DNA of 64,000 bases from an uncultured Ignavibacteria bacterium (GTDB lineage Bacteria > Bacteroidota > Ignavibacteria > Tepidaquicellales > OLB5): NCBI GenBank assembly GCA_963816535.1, contig CAWFKW010000006.1:580334-644333 (forward strand), written 5' to 3'. This document shows, piece after piece, positions 30,523-40,522 of this stretch (positions are counted from its first letter, which is position 1; the number at the start of each line of letters is the position of its first letter). Both the position numbers and the translations under genes were made by a program. Below the pieces are notes generated by a model that saw only the letters and a program-made list of their open reading frames with translations, did not search any database and was not told the DNA's origin.

Positions 30523-31284
30523 TTATTCTAAAACGTTCAGGTATGCTTCAGTAATGTATTCAAAACAAATTACCCCCTTGTGTTTATATTTGTCGAATAT
30601 GTTTTTCAGATCTTCCAGCATCGGCAAATAATTTGGGTTATCTTCATTAGGCGCATAAGATGAAGAAAGCAATCTTCCTTTGAATCCTTCAAAATTGAAT
30701 ACCTGTTTGTTATCGATATTTACCTGCTCAAAATTATCGTCAAACAAAATGCGCAATCCTTCTTTGCCGATATTTTGAAGCCCGACTTCTTTATAATCAG
30801 TTCCGTATTTCAACAATAGGTTTTCGTACTCTTCCTGGAAAGGGGAGTCGCCGCGTTTTCGTTTGTTCCAAATTAAGACTACATATCCGCCGGGTTTCAG
30901 AATTCTTTTGAATTCAGTTTTTGCCTTATCAACATCAAACCAGTGGAAAGCTTGTCCGGCAATAATCAAATCAACGCTTCCGTCTTTCAAACTTGTTTCT
31001 TCAGCCGTTGCATTCATGCTTATGAATTTCGGGTTGTCTTTAAAAATATTCTGAGCCGCCTCTCTCATTTCAGCGTTTGGTTCAATGCCATAGACCATGT
31101 TTCTGTTTTCGAGAAACAACTCACTCGAAATCCCTGTGCCGGAGCCGATATCGGCTATAACGGAATTATCTTTCAGTATATTCTTCGATTTGAGATAGTC
31201 TATAACCGCAATGGGATAATGCGGGCGGTACTTTACATAATTTCCGACGCGGTCCGAGAATCGTGATTTTGAATTTAATTCCAT
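30523..31284 (-). CDS. class I SAM-dependent methyltransferase (small-molecule type)
   Basis: Motif I VIADIGSGTGISS; post-I/II blocks VYGIEPN and DLIIAGQAFHWFD. Confidence 0.8.
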   Translation of the reverse strand: MELNSKSRFSDRVGNYVKYRPHYPIAVIDYLKSKNILKDNSVIADIGSGTGISSELFLENRNMVYGIEPNAEMREAAQNIFKDNPKFISMNATAEETSLKDGSVDLIIAGQAFHWFDVDKAKTEFKRILKPGGYVVLIWNKRKRGDSPFQEEYENLLLKYGTDYKEVGLQNIGKEGLRILFDDNFEQVNIDNKQVFNFEGFKGRLLSSSYAPNEDNPNYLPMLEDLKNIFDKYKHKGVICFEYITEAYLNVLE

Positions 31285-31356
31285 TCTTGTTATTTCCTGT
31301 TAAGAGTCAATTTAAAAATTTATATTACTTTTTAATATTCAAATATTTTTGTATTT

Positions 31357-32802
31357 ATGGCTGACAATTCCCAAATACGCGTACGTTTTGCCCCTTCTCC
31401 GACCGGCTATCTGCATATTGGCAGTCTAAGGACTGCTTTGTTCAATTACCTGTTTGCTAAACACAATGGCGGTAAATTCATATTAAGAATAGAAGATACC
31501 GACCAGAGCCGTAAAGTCGAAGACGCCGTTGAGAATTTGATAAAAGTCCTGAATGAAATGGGATTGCATTATGACGAAGGCCCTGAAGTTGGCGGCAAAT
31601 TCGGCCCGTATTTTCAATCCGAACGGCTGGAAATATACCAGAGATATTGCGATGAACTTATCACAAACAAGCACGCTTACTATGCGTTTGAAACTGAACA
31701 GGAACTTGACGAGATGCGTAAAATTCAGCAATCAATGGGTAAACAGACCATGTATGACAGGCGCGCAAGGAATCTTACTGAAAACGAGGTAAAAGAAAAA
31801 CTGGATTCAGGGATTCCGGGAGTTGTACGACTCAAAGTGCCGCTTAACACGGAAATCAGGTTTGACGATATGATCCGCGGCACGGTAAAGATAGAAACGA
31901 ATCTTATTGATGACCAGGTTTTATTAAAAAGCGATGGTTATCCTACATATCACTTAGCAAATGTAATTGATGACCACCTTATGAATATTTCGCATATTAT
32001 TCGCGGGGAGGAATGGCTTACTTCAGTTCCTAAACATATAATATTATATAATGCGTTTGGGTGGGAAGTTCCGCAAATGGCGCATGTTCCGCTGATTCTG
32101 AATCCTGATAAAACCAAGCTGAGTAAAAGACAGGGCGATGTGGCTACGGAAGATTACCTCAAAAAAGGATATCTGAAAGAAGCCCTGATCAATTTTATCG
32201 CGCTGCTTGGATGGAACCCGGGTGAAGGCGAGAACAGGGAGATATTTTCGCTGACTGAACTTGTAAAGCTGTTTAATATTGAAAAGGTCCATTCGTCCGG
32301 CGCGGTATTTAACGTTGAAAAACTAAACTGGATGAATGCGGAGTATATTAAGAATTACGATCAGGATAAACTGACTGAACTGTGCGTTCCTTATTTTAGA
32401 AACGCAGGTTATGACCTGACTGATTCCGCTAAAACAAAGCGAGTGGTGGGCGCAATCAGAAATTACATCAACAAGCTTGATGAAGCTGCAGAGCATGCAG
32501 AAATATTTTTTGAAACGAATTTTACTTTATCCGGCGAGCAGAAAACAATTATCGAGAGTGAATCATCGCGGAAAGTTATTGGCTTGCTCGTATTGAAACT
32601 GGTATCCGCCGGTGAAATAACCACGGATAGTTTTAAGCTCTTATTAAGCGAGATCCAGAAAGAAACGGGAATCAAAGGAAAGAATTTATTTCAGCCAATA
32701 AGACTTGCTTTATCAGGCGAGGGGCACGGACCAGAACTTGGAATAATAGCTTACGTGCTGGGCAAAGAGGAAGCCCTCCACAGACTAAAAAAGCTGTATT
32801 GA
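31357..32802 (+). CDS. gltX: glutamate--tRNA ligase
   Basis: RVRFAPSPTGYLHIGSLRTALFNY (HIGH) and KLSKRQG (KMSKS). Confidence 0.95.
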   Translation: MADNSQIRVRFAPSPTGYLHIGSLRTALFNYLFAKHNGGKFILRIEDTDQSRKVEDAVENLIKVLNEMGLHYDEGPEVGGKFGPYFQSERLEIYQRYCDELITNKHAYYAFETEQELDEMRKIQQSMGKQTMYDRRARNLTENEVKEKLDSGIPGVVRLKVPLNTEIRFDDMIRGTVKIETNLIDDQVLLKSDGYPTYHLANVIDDHLMNISHIIRGEEWLTSVPKHIILYNAFGWEVPQMAHVPLILNPDKTKLSKRQGDVATEDYLKKGYLKEALINFIALLGWNPGEGENREIFSLTELVKLFNIEKVHSSGAVFNVEKLNWMNAEYIKNYDQDKLTELCVPYFRNAGYDLTDSAKTKRVVGAIRNYINKLDEAAEHAEIFFETNFTLSGEQKTIIESESSRKVIGLLVLKLVSAGEITTDSFKLLLSEIQKETGIKGKNLFQPIRLALSGEGHGPELGIIAYVLGKEEALHRLKKLY

Positions 32803-32847
32803 GCTCACTTCAAACACCGACAACGCCTGAGATGTTTATAAAATCTT

Positions 32848-33222
32848 TTATGGCGCTGTCTTAAAACCGTAATTGACCGAAGACCAATTAACGCTGCTGC
32901 CTGAAGTGGCTCCAACATTCCAATAATACCAGGCGCCCGGCAAAAGATGGTTTGACGCCGGCAAAGTATAAGATGAGTCAGTTACATTACATGAGTATAT
33001 AACGTGGGTCAAACTTTGGTCTGTGCCGATCTCAAGTTTATCGGCGGCGCCGCTCCATTTGAAAGTCGGCGTGATTGAAACTGTCGAGTCATTATTTGCA
33101 GGCGATACAAGAGTTGGCCGTGTTACTGAAACTGCTTTGCTGTCAGTGGAAGAGTCGCAGCCGTTTAAAAAAATAAACCCCAGAGATACAAATAAAATAA
33201 TTGTAAAAATGTGACGCTTCAT
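32848..33222 (-). CDS. small lipoprotein with an Ig/FN3-like beta-sandwich pattern
   Basis: Lipobox FLNGC. P..N....I.PTFKW...(Y.L)...GAWYYWNV pattern. Confidence 0.4.
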   Translation of the reverse strand: MKRHIFTIILFVSLGFIFLNGCDSSTDSKAVSVTRPTLVSPANNDSTVSITPTFKWSGAADKLEIGTDQSLTHVIYSCNVTDSSYTLPASNHLLPGAWYYWNVGATSGSSVNWSSVNYGFKTAP

Positions 33223-33415
33223 TTTGAAAACCTTCTCCCTTTAATTACTTACACATGTAAATTAATTAACAAAAATATAAAGTCAAGGTCACACAGAGAT
33301 ATCTTAAGTAACTGAAATATCTAGTATATAAGGTGATAGACAGGTTATTTTTGTAGCTTAAACATCTACAAATTAAATAACTTCTTATTTTTGACGATTT
33401 TTGGAGGAGAAATTA

Positions 33416-33547
33416 ATGGTAAAAAGGAGGGAATCAGATCCTCTTCGGAAGTCATTTCGAATTTTTTTGAACGGGATTTCAGCGGGCCGGGGCGCTACCT
33501 TGAACCGTGAATTGTATGCCCGGATATTCTTTTTGCGTGGCCCCTGA
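33416..33547 (+). CDS. candidate 43-aa small ORF with strong SD (speculative)
   Basis: GGAGGAG sits 6 nt upstream of the ATG. Peptide MVKRRESDPLRKSFRIFLNGISAGRGATLNRELYARIFFLRGP. Overlaps the convergent small ORF by 53 nt. Confidence 0.2.
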   Translation: MVKRRESDPLRKSFRIFLNGISAGRGATLNRELYARIFFLRGP

Positions 33548-33602
33548 ATATGCTTCTTGTCAAAACAACAAGCAATATAGTCAATAATATAAAGTACAAC
33601 AT
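33495..33602 (-). CDS. candidate 35-aa hydrophobic peptide (type-I-toxin-like shape, speculative)
   Basis: AGGAG sits 7 nt upstream of the ATG (33602). Peptide MLYFILLTILLVVLTRSIFRGHAKRISGHTIHGSR: a TM segment followed by a basic tail. Confidence 0.25.
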   Translation of the reverse strand: MLYFILLTILLVVLTRSIFRGHAKRISGHTIHGSR

Positions 33603-33802
33603 TTGTTTACTCCTGATCTTTTATAACAATAAATCTCACATTAGAAACGCGGAGAAAAATCTATCAATTAAATCGGATTGTCGTTCACTCTCAATACAAA
33701 TATAACATACGGCATTGAGCTCTTTGATGAAGAAATTTTTGCATGAATAAAAGTGTTTATAAAATCACTTTAGAGAAATGGTGGCATGCCATTTGATTAA
33801 TT

Positions 33803-34392
33803 TTAAAAATTATCAATCTTCAAATATCCTGAAGATGCAGCATGTATAATTGGAGCGTCGCTTATACTAATATTGGATGAATGAATTTGCAAACATTTCT
33901 TTAAACTTTGCCCCGAAAAGTATGGGGAAAATCTCCCCTTCGATGCCAAGTCTTCACTGCAATTAAAGGCTTCAAATAGACAAGGGTCAATATTCCCCAG
34001 TGATCCGATATCTCCACAAGGCGAACTAGCATTTGGTTGAAATGAACAGATTCTCGCTATCTATAGCTTGCGCGGGGAATGGCTTCCATATCATACAAAA
34101 TGATTTTCATTACGTCATGCAACGCGATATAATTTGTATTATTGCCAACGGTAAGCAAAGTGTGATATTTAGACTTTATCAACACGCTCATTCAGGAAGA
34201 AGCGCTAATATCGCCGCCCTGTCCGCCGCTAATACGGAAACTGCCTTTTGAATTAGTTTTGGAACCGTATATGGTTGTTGTAACTGTATGGGAAAATCTA
34301 GGCGCGCGAATTAAGGCTCTATGAAAAATTTGGAGCTGCCTCTTCCGATGTATGCACTTCCGCTCAGTGAACTTTCGATGGTTCTGGCATGT
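33803..34392 (-). pseudogene. possible decayed gene remnant (frame-shifted, stop-interrupted)
   Basis: One frame reads ...TVTTTIYGSKTNSKGSFRISGGQGGDISASS-TGA-MSVLIKSKYHTLLTVGNNTNYIALHDVMKIILYDMEAIPRASYR-TAG. A start-less 85-codon open frame begins 1 nt out of register at 34060 (IARICSFQPNASSPCGDIGSLGNIDPCLFEAFNCSEDLASKGRFSPYFSGQSLKKCLQIHSSNISISDAPIIHAASSGYLKIDNF). Confidence 0.25.
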
Positions 34393-35001
34393 TCAGTTCG
34401 TCGCCTTAAATTGAAACCTCATTTAGTTGATAGAACAAAGTATTCGGACGTGAGATTCTCTTTTTGGATCTTTGCTGGTGCGAAACAGTTGAAATTATTT
34501 TGACGAAAAAGATGGCGCTGACCGAGGGAACAATATTTTGTCATAACAATTTTACCCAGGCTTTTCCATTTGATTTTATTTCCTTTATCTCATTTCGTCA
34601 TTTTATCACACCTTGTCTCTATTTTTGAGATTAGAAACAATAATGAACATAACTATACTTTCTAAACATTGTTAATTGAATAGTTTATTGTTGATGATTT
34701 GGAAATTACGGAAAAGACAGCTGTTGTCAGTTAACTAAAATTACTAACCTTTTTAGGAGATTACCTAACAATAATTACATCACGATAATCGTTAAAATGA
34801 ATAACAAATCTTCAAATTCGTTCATAATCATCAATTTTCTAATCGCTTTTAGTACCGTGATAGTACTATTTTACGTCTGATACCTGATATCAACTATAGT
34901 CAAATTGAACATAATTCATCAAATTAGTATCGTAAGAAATGGAACACTTTAATAGGTCACGAATTCTCAAAACTAATTGTATAAATAGGTAAATATTTAA
35001 A

Positions 35002-36675
35002 ATGAAGAAGTTTATCTTAACTATTTCGCTGTTGTTGATGATAGGAAGCGCCAGATCACAATGGATTTCAACCTATTCGGGTTCAAACATTGGCGATAAC
35101 AGCGTTTTTAATGAAAAAGGAGCGGCAATTTGCGCTGACAATTCAGGAAATTGTTACATAACGGGATATACAATAGGACAGGGAACCGGTTATGACATCT
35201 TAACTATCAAGTTTAACAGTAGTGGCGATACACTATGGGAAAGAACTTATAACGGAACCGGCAATCAAGACGACCGGGGATTTGGAATAGCGGTTGATAA
35301 TTCCGGAAATGTGTATGTGGCTGGAACCGCAAGCTTTACAGGAACATCAAATGATATAGTTTTGCTTAAATACAATTCCTCAGGCGTATTGAAATGGACC
35401 AGTTCTTATTCCGGCTCAACTCATCATGCCGATGATGAAGGGCTGGCATTGGCTTTGGATCCCGGCGGTTATATTTATGTTACTGGGTATTGCACAGATA
35501 ATGATAATTCCCTGAACATGGTCACATTAAAATTTAAAAATAATGGGAATTTGATGTGGTCAAAATTAGAAAAGGGAACACGAAATCAGGATTGTGAAGG
35601 ATTTGGAATCGCTGTGGATCATTTAGGAAATATTGATGTGACTGGTTATACTACTGCCAGGACAGGAGCAGACGTGCTTTTGGTTCAATACAGATCGAAT
35701 GGCACGAAAAACTGGTCACGCACTTACAATAATCCGGCTGCAAATTCAGATGACAAGGCATTTGGAATAGCTGTGGATGCGGCAGATAATATAATTATAT
35801 CAGGCTACACAACAAACGCCACAAGAAGTAATACCGACTGTTTGACAATAAAATACAGTTCTCAGGGAAATTTTCAGTGGTTGAAGACATATAATGGAGG
35901 AGCCGGTAAAAATGACAGAGCGCTGGGAATAGCTGTAGATACAGACGGTTCAATATATATTGCAGGTTATGCCGCAAGCGTAGCGAACGGAAACGATTAT
36001 GTTACTATAAAATATACGCCGTCAGGAACCCAGAGCTGGGTTTCACTTTACGATGGCCCGGTCCATGGCGATGATAGGGCTAATGCGATCTCAGTTATTC
36101 ACAATGCCTCCGGAAACACAACAGGTATTGCTGTAACCGGACAAAGCTGGGGCATATCAAATAATTATGATTACGCAACCGTTAGATATTCAAACATAAA
36201 CGGAAACCAGCTTCAGGTTTCAAGATATGAATACACAATAGCTACAAATGACATAGCTACAAGCGTTGCAACATGGAATAATAACATATATGTGACGGGA
36301 TACAGCGAATCCAATTCAGGAACAGTTAACGGAAATCAGCTTTCTGTTATTTCAACCTTGGAATTGAATTGGAGCGAAGCCGCTGAAACTCTCACTAAAG
36401 ACCTTATACCTGACAAGTTCTGTTTATATCAAAATTATCCAAACCCGTTTAATCCAAGCACAAATATCACATTCGATTTGCCGACAGAATCGACGGTTAA
36501 GCTGGTTGTTTACGATCTGACGGGAAGACAGGTGAGCGTTCTGGTCGACGGTTATTTGAAACCCGGTTCTCATGTAATATCATTTACAGGTTCCAACCTT
36601 TCTTCAGGAATATATATTTATGAACTGACGGCGGCCGGATTCAGAGATGTCAGGAAAATGTCGCTAATTAAGTAG
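35002..36675 (+). CDS. SBBP beta-propeller-repeat protein with T9SS C-terminal sorting domain
   Basis: Signal peptide present. About 8 repeats of the pattern D.A.GIAVD..GN.YV.GYT.....DI.T.KYNS.G...W. C-terminal Por_Secre_tail (FCLYQNYPNPFNPSTNITFDLP...SGIYIYELTAAGFRDVRKMSLIK). Confidence 0.85.
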   Translation: MKKFILTISLLLMIGSARSQWISTYSGSNIGDNSVFNEKGAAICADNSGNCYITGYTIGQGTGYDILTIKFNSSGDTLWERTYNGTGNQDDRGFGIAVDNSGNVYVAGTASFTGTSNDIVLLKYNSSGVLKWTSSYSGSTHHADDEGLALALDPGGYIYVTGYCTDNDNSLNMVTLKFKNNGNLMWSKLEKGTRNQDCEGFGIAVDHLGNIDVTGYTTARTGADVLLVQYRSNGTKNWSRTYNNPAANSDDKAFGIAVDAADNIIISGYTTNATRSNTDCLTIKYSSQGNFQWLKTYNGGAGKNDRALGIAVDTDGSIYIAGYAASVANGNDYVTIKYTPSGTQSWVSLYDGPVHGDDRANAISVIHNASGNTTGIAVTGQSWGISNNYDYATVRYSNINGNQLQVSRYEYTIATNDIATSVATWNNNIYVTGYSESNSGTVNGNQLSVISTLELNWSEAAETLTKDLIPDKFCLYQNYPNPFNPSTNITFDLPTESTVKLVVYDLTGRQVSVLVDGYLKPGSHVISFTGSNLSSGIYIYELTAAGFRDVRKMSLIK

Positions 36676-36707
36676 CGCCGGGGATATAGATCTAATTCAA
36701 TAGACGC

Positions 36708-38084
36708 ATGGAAATAAAAGAAATCATAAAAGACTGCAGTAATAACTTCGAAAAGGTCGATCTTCTGGTCAATTACGCCAACGGCGAGTCCAGAATAAGG
36801 CCTGAGAGATCTATTGATATTCTCAGAGAAGCTATCTCTATCAGTAAGTCTGTTGATTATAAAGCCGGCCGGGCCAGGGCGAAACTCTGTGAAGGAATTT
36901 GCCAGAGGCAGCTTTCAAATTTTGACGCCGCGGTTGAAAGTTTTAATGAATCGTTAAAGATTTTTAAGGAAATATCCGATATCAACGGCGAAATCAGGAC
37001 TTTAAACTCAATCGGGAATGTATATTACAGCCTTAGCGATTACAACAATGCTATCGGTTATTTTGATTCATGTGTTGAAAAGCTCCAGGTGACAGGCGAT
37101 AGGGCGTATCTTGCCATCGTTTATTCAAACATCGGGCTTGTTTACCAGGAAATGAATAATCTTTCGAGCGCTTTGGCCAGCTACTACGAGGCGCTAAATA
37201 TCTACTCTGAGCTCAATAAAGCAATACCTCATTCATTATATAATAACATAGGAATCGTTTACCAGGAAATTGGAGATTGCGGAACTTCAGTGCAATACTT
37301 CAGAAAAGCTCTTGAGCTTGAAGAGCAGGAAGGCAATCTTATTTTCCAGTGCTCTTCTCTGGGCAATATGGGGATAAGTTATATTAAGAGCGGCAATCAC
37401 CTTAACGGCGTTACATATCTTGGAGAAGCGCTTATTATTGCGAAGCTGACAGGGAACAGGCAGACCGAGGCCAGCATTTATAATCATCTTGGAAATGCCT
37501 ACAAAGTCATGAAGTCTTATCCTCTAGCGGTCGATTATAAGCTGAAGGCCTTGAGGCACGACAAAGAGATTGGCGATAGAAGTTCTGTCGCAGGGACCCT
37601 ATGCCAGCTGGGGAAAATTTATTTTGAACTGAATGACCATAAGGCGTCAAAAGCCTCTTATTTGGAATCTCTTGAAATTGTCAAGGAAATATCTGATACA
37701 ATAAATGAGGTGAACATCTACATAGGGCTTGCAGAACTTTATAACAAGTTAGGCAAAATTGATAAACTGGAATACTATTTAGACAAGGCTGAGAAGTTAT
37801 CCATATCCAGGAACGCCGATAAGGAACTGATGAAGATACATACTATGTACAATGATTGTTACAGGAATTGCGGCCAATTTGAAAAGGCTGCTTACCATCT
37901 CGAGCAGAGCAGGATATATTCCAGAAAAATGCTTGAATTTGACGAGGAGAAAAAAATAAGAAATATACTTCTCGGAAAGATTTTTAACGACGAAGAGTTA
38001 ACAAAAGACGAAAGGAATTTTACAGATTCTGACCCCCAGAGCTCTTCCGCCCGTAATCGCAAGACGACGGGCGTTAGAGCGTAG
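36708..38084 (+). CDS. TPR-repeat protein
   Basis: About 9 consecutive 40-aa TPR-like units (…LNSIGNVYYSLSDYNNAIGYFDSC…, …YNNIGIVYQEIGDCGTSVQYFRKALEL…). No output domain. Confidence 0.75.
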   Translation: MEIKEIIKDCSNNFEKVDLLVNYANGESRIRPERSIDILREAISISKSVDYKAGRARAKLCEGICQRQLSNFDAAVESFNESLKIFKEISDINGEIRTLNSIGNVYYSLSDYNNAIGYFDSCVEKLQVTGDRAYLAIVYSNIGLVYQEMNNLSSALASYYEALNIYSELNKAIPHSLYNNIGIVYQEIGDCGTSVQYFRKALELEEQEGNLIFQCSSLGNMGISYIKSGNHLNGVTYLGEALIIAKLTGNRQTEASIYNHLGNAYKVMKSYPLAVDYKLKALRHDKEIGDRSSVAGTLCQLGKIYFELNDHKASKASYLESLEIVKEISDTINEVNIYIGLAELYNKLGKIDKLEYYLDKAEKLSISRNADKELMKIHTMYNDCYRNCGQFEKAAYHLEQSRIYSRKMLEFDEEKKIRNILLGKIFNDEELTKDERNFTDSDPQSSSARNRKTTGVRA

Positions 38085-38131
38085 TAACAGACACACATAA
38101 TCTCCCCCCCCTCCTCAATGATGAATGATAA

Positions 38132-38166
38132 AGGCAGGTTTCCCAAAACCTGCCTTTTCTTTTTGA
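38132..38166 (+). terminator. rho-independent terminator after the TPR gene
   Basis: AGGCAGGTT-tcccaa-AACCTGCCT followed by TTTTCTTTTT. Confidence 0.75.
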
Positions 38167-38216
38167 CCCCGGAAATCTTGCTATATATGCTTTTGGGGCC
38201 CTAATTGGATTTGCAG

Positions 38217-40343
38217 TTATTTGCCTGACTGTTTTTCAAGACTCTTCAGCAATTTTTGGGCATTCTGATCTCCTGGATTCAATTCAATGGCCTTCTTAAT
38301 ATAGAATATTGCTTTTTCATAGTCTTTTTTTCTTTGGTAAATTATAGAGAGATTGCCGTAAGCAGAGCTGTTTGATGGTTCAATCGCCAGCGTCCTGTTA
38401 AAACACTCTTCAGCGTCGTCATTTTTACCCGCCCCAAGGTATGCGTTTCCAAGGTTAAAATATGCGAGAGTCAGCATTGGATTATAATGTGTTGCCAGGC
38501 TGTAATAAACGATACTCGAATCCATATTCCTGATCTTATAATACAGGTTTCCTAAATTATTGTATACTGCCGGTTCGATAGGATATAATCTTATCGATTT
38601 AAGATATGCCTCAACCGCATCGCCGTAATTGCCTGATTCAGCGCATGCATTTCCAAGATAATTAAAGGCGGCTGGATTATTCGGGTATGTTGAATTTACG
38701 GCCGAATATTCGTTTATGGCTCCCTGGAATTTTCCTTCTTTCTCATAAGTTTCGGCCAGGCCGAGGCGCCCCTTCGAATCGCCGGGAAACCGATTCACAT
38801 AATTTTTTAATAATTCTTCCGCTTCATTCCATTTACCAAGATCAAGCGATGCGATACCAAGATAATAGCCGGCTTCAGGGTTATGCTCCGGATCGTCCAT
38901 CGCGTCCTTTATTATGTTATATGCATTTTGTATTAACTCCCTGTTATTTTTTTCACGCTCCCACAGCAATACATATGCAATTCCTGAATTGCCGGCTTGG
39001 TTTCCGCCTCTATATGCGTAAAAATCACGAAGGCGGATATTTCCGGCCTGCGAATTGTTCATTGCGGTTCCGTTTGCATCAAGCGGGGCGGGTTTTTTCC
39101 TGATCCAATGGTCTGTGAAATTTACGTGAGGAATATCCGTTACGCCGCCCTGCAGCATGTGGCATTTAACGCAATTGCTTTTTGGTGCGTGGTCGGTTGA
39201 CCTGTCAGCCTGCGATAATTTAGCCGCATCATGGCATGAGAGGCACTTGTCGTTAAAGATCTGCGTTGGAACATCTTCCACCGGGATGTGCGGGTCGTGA
39301 CAGGTCATACATACTATCCTCCCCCCGCTTTTTATGAAACACTCGCTCATTACCAGCCTTGCTGTATGGCTTGCTATAGTAAATTCGCCTTCCTTAACGC
39401 TGTCTTTTAAATAAACCGTCTTTACTCTGTTCAAAAGCATCCCCGGAAAATAATCATCGGGAGATTTACCCGTTTTGAACACGCTCTGCTCGCCCTGAAG
39501 ATGACACTGCGAACAAACATCCATCTTCAAATCGTCTGTTAAATGGGCCGGATTTACAATTGTCCTGTCAATGAAATTCTTTGGGTCGGCAACATACCCG
39601 GAATCTTTCATAATTTCGTTATGATGTTTCACGTGCAGCTCCCCCGGCCCGTGGCAGCTCTCGCAGCCTATTCCCTCAGGAACAGGGGGTTCATACTTGC
39701 TATCGGTGTTCTCCAGCAGGCGAGAGCGTGAATTGTGGCAACTCATGCATTCCTTCAGTATTGGCCTTGTGAAACGGAGTTTGTAAATTTTGAATCCTGG
39801 GCTCAAGTCCCACTTTCTGTTCAGAACGTACCACGTAACCGGCATCTCGCTCAGATATCCGTTGACGCTCGTGATGTAACTCCTGGTGTGCATTCCGGAG
39901 CCAATAACATATTCAACCTTCATCTTAAGCTCGTTCACTTTCTTCCCGTCAGCGCCAAGCAAGTATTCAGTCTGGTAAAAATTCCCGTCCTCGATCGTCA
40001 TTTTATAATACAGTTTTGAAGCTGTGTCATATATTATATTTTTCCCGGCATAATCCTCAATAACATTCTTCATCGTTGGCCTGTAATATGACCTGCCCAT
40101 TTCAGTCTTTTTATAAGAATTATATATTGAAGAATGGCAATCATAACATTGCTCATCGCCTACAAACTTAATATCTTTTGAGATGTTCAGATAATCGTAG
40201 TGAACTTTTTCCTCAGTTTCATTGCCGGAGTCCGTGGTTTTCTTGGAAGTTTCTTTGCCGCAGTCAATAGAAATCATCATAATTGAAGATGCAAATGCCG
40301 CCAAAAGCGCCAATACGGAAATTTTTCTAAATGTAGTCTTCAA
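38217..40343 (-). CDS. lipoprotein heptaheme c-type cytochrome fused to a C-terminal TPR array
   Basis: Lipobox ISIDC. Seven CxxCH motifs (CYDCH, CMSCH, CESCH, CSQCH, CMTCH, CLSCH, CVKCH). About 250 C-terminal residues of TPR repeats. Confidence 0.85.
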   Translation of the reverse strand: MKTTFRKISVLALLAAFASSIMMISIDCGKETSKKTTDSGNETEEKVHYDYLNISKDIKFVGDEQCYDCHSSIYNSYKKTEMGRSYYRPTMKNVIEDYAGKNIIYDTASKLYYKMTIEDGNFYQTEYLLGADGKKVNELKMKVEYVIGSGMHTRSYITSVNGYLSEMPVTWYVLNRKWDLSPGFKIYKLRFTRPILKECMSCHNSRSRLLENTDSKYEPPVPEGIGCESCHGPGELHVKHHNEIMKDSGYVADPKNFIDRTIVNPAHLTDDLKMDVCSQCHLQGEQSVFKTGKSPDDYFPGMLLNRVKTVYLKDSVKEGEFTIASHTARLVMSECFIKSGGRIVCMTCHDPHIPVEDVPTQIFNDKCLSCHDAAKLSQADRSTDHAPKSNCVKCHMLQGGVTDIPHVNFTDHWIRKKPAPLDANGTAMNNSQAGNIRLRDFYAYRGGNQAGNSGIAYVLLWEREKNNRELIQNAYNIIKDAMDDPEHNPEAGYYLGIASLDLGKWNEAEELLKNYVNRFPGDSKGRLGLAETYEKEGKFQGAINEYSAVNSTYPNNPAAFNYLGNACAESGNYGDAVEAYLKSIRLYPIEPAVYNNLGNLYYKIRNMDSSIVYYSLATHYNPMLTLAYFNLGNAYLGAGKNDDAEECFNRTLAIEPSNSSAYGNLSIIYQRKKDYEKAIFYIKKAIELNPGDQNAQKLLKSLEKQSGK

Positions 40344-40522
40344 TTAGCGTTCTTACTCATTAGTTATGAATTTGATTTTGCAAAGTGAGAAAAAAAAAGA
40401 GGATATGAAAGGAGAAAGAACTGAGTGTTTTTGGGGCACGGGTTGAAATAAAAAAAACAAACTTATGCCGGCACAATTTGAACATCTTGGTCAAATAATT
40501 GTAACTTTCATCTTTTTTTAAA

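Noticed and set aside
33782-33796. Sigma-54-like promoter TGGCATG-ccat-TTGAT in the gene desert
   Set aside because: The invariant C of the -12 GC element is replaced (TTGA) and the -24 element is also imperfect. No ORF lies downstream. It also overlaps a simple TGGCATGCCA palindrome.
34033-34503. 72-aa and 60-aa plus-strand ORFs in the gene desert
   Set aside because: They have no SD and no recognisable motifs. They are antisense to the more protein-like, though broken, minus-strand frames.
38104-38111. C8 homopolymer as a phase-variation switch
   Set aside because: It lies in the 3' intergenic region after the TPR gene stop and before its terminator, not in a promoter or coding sequence.
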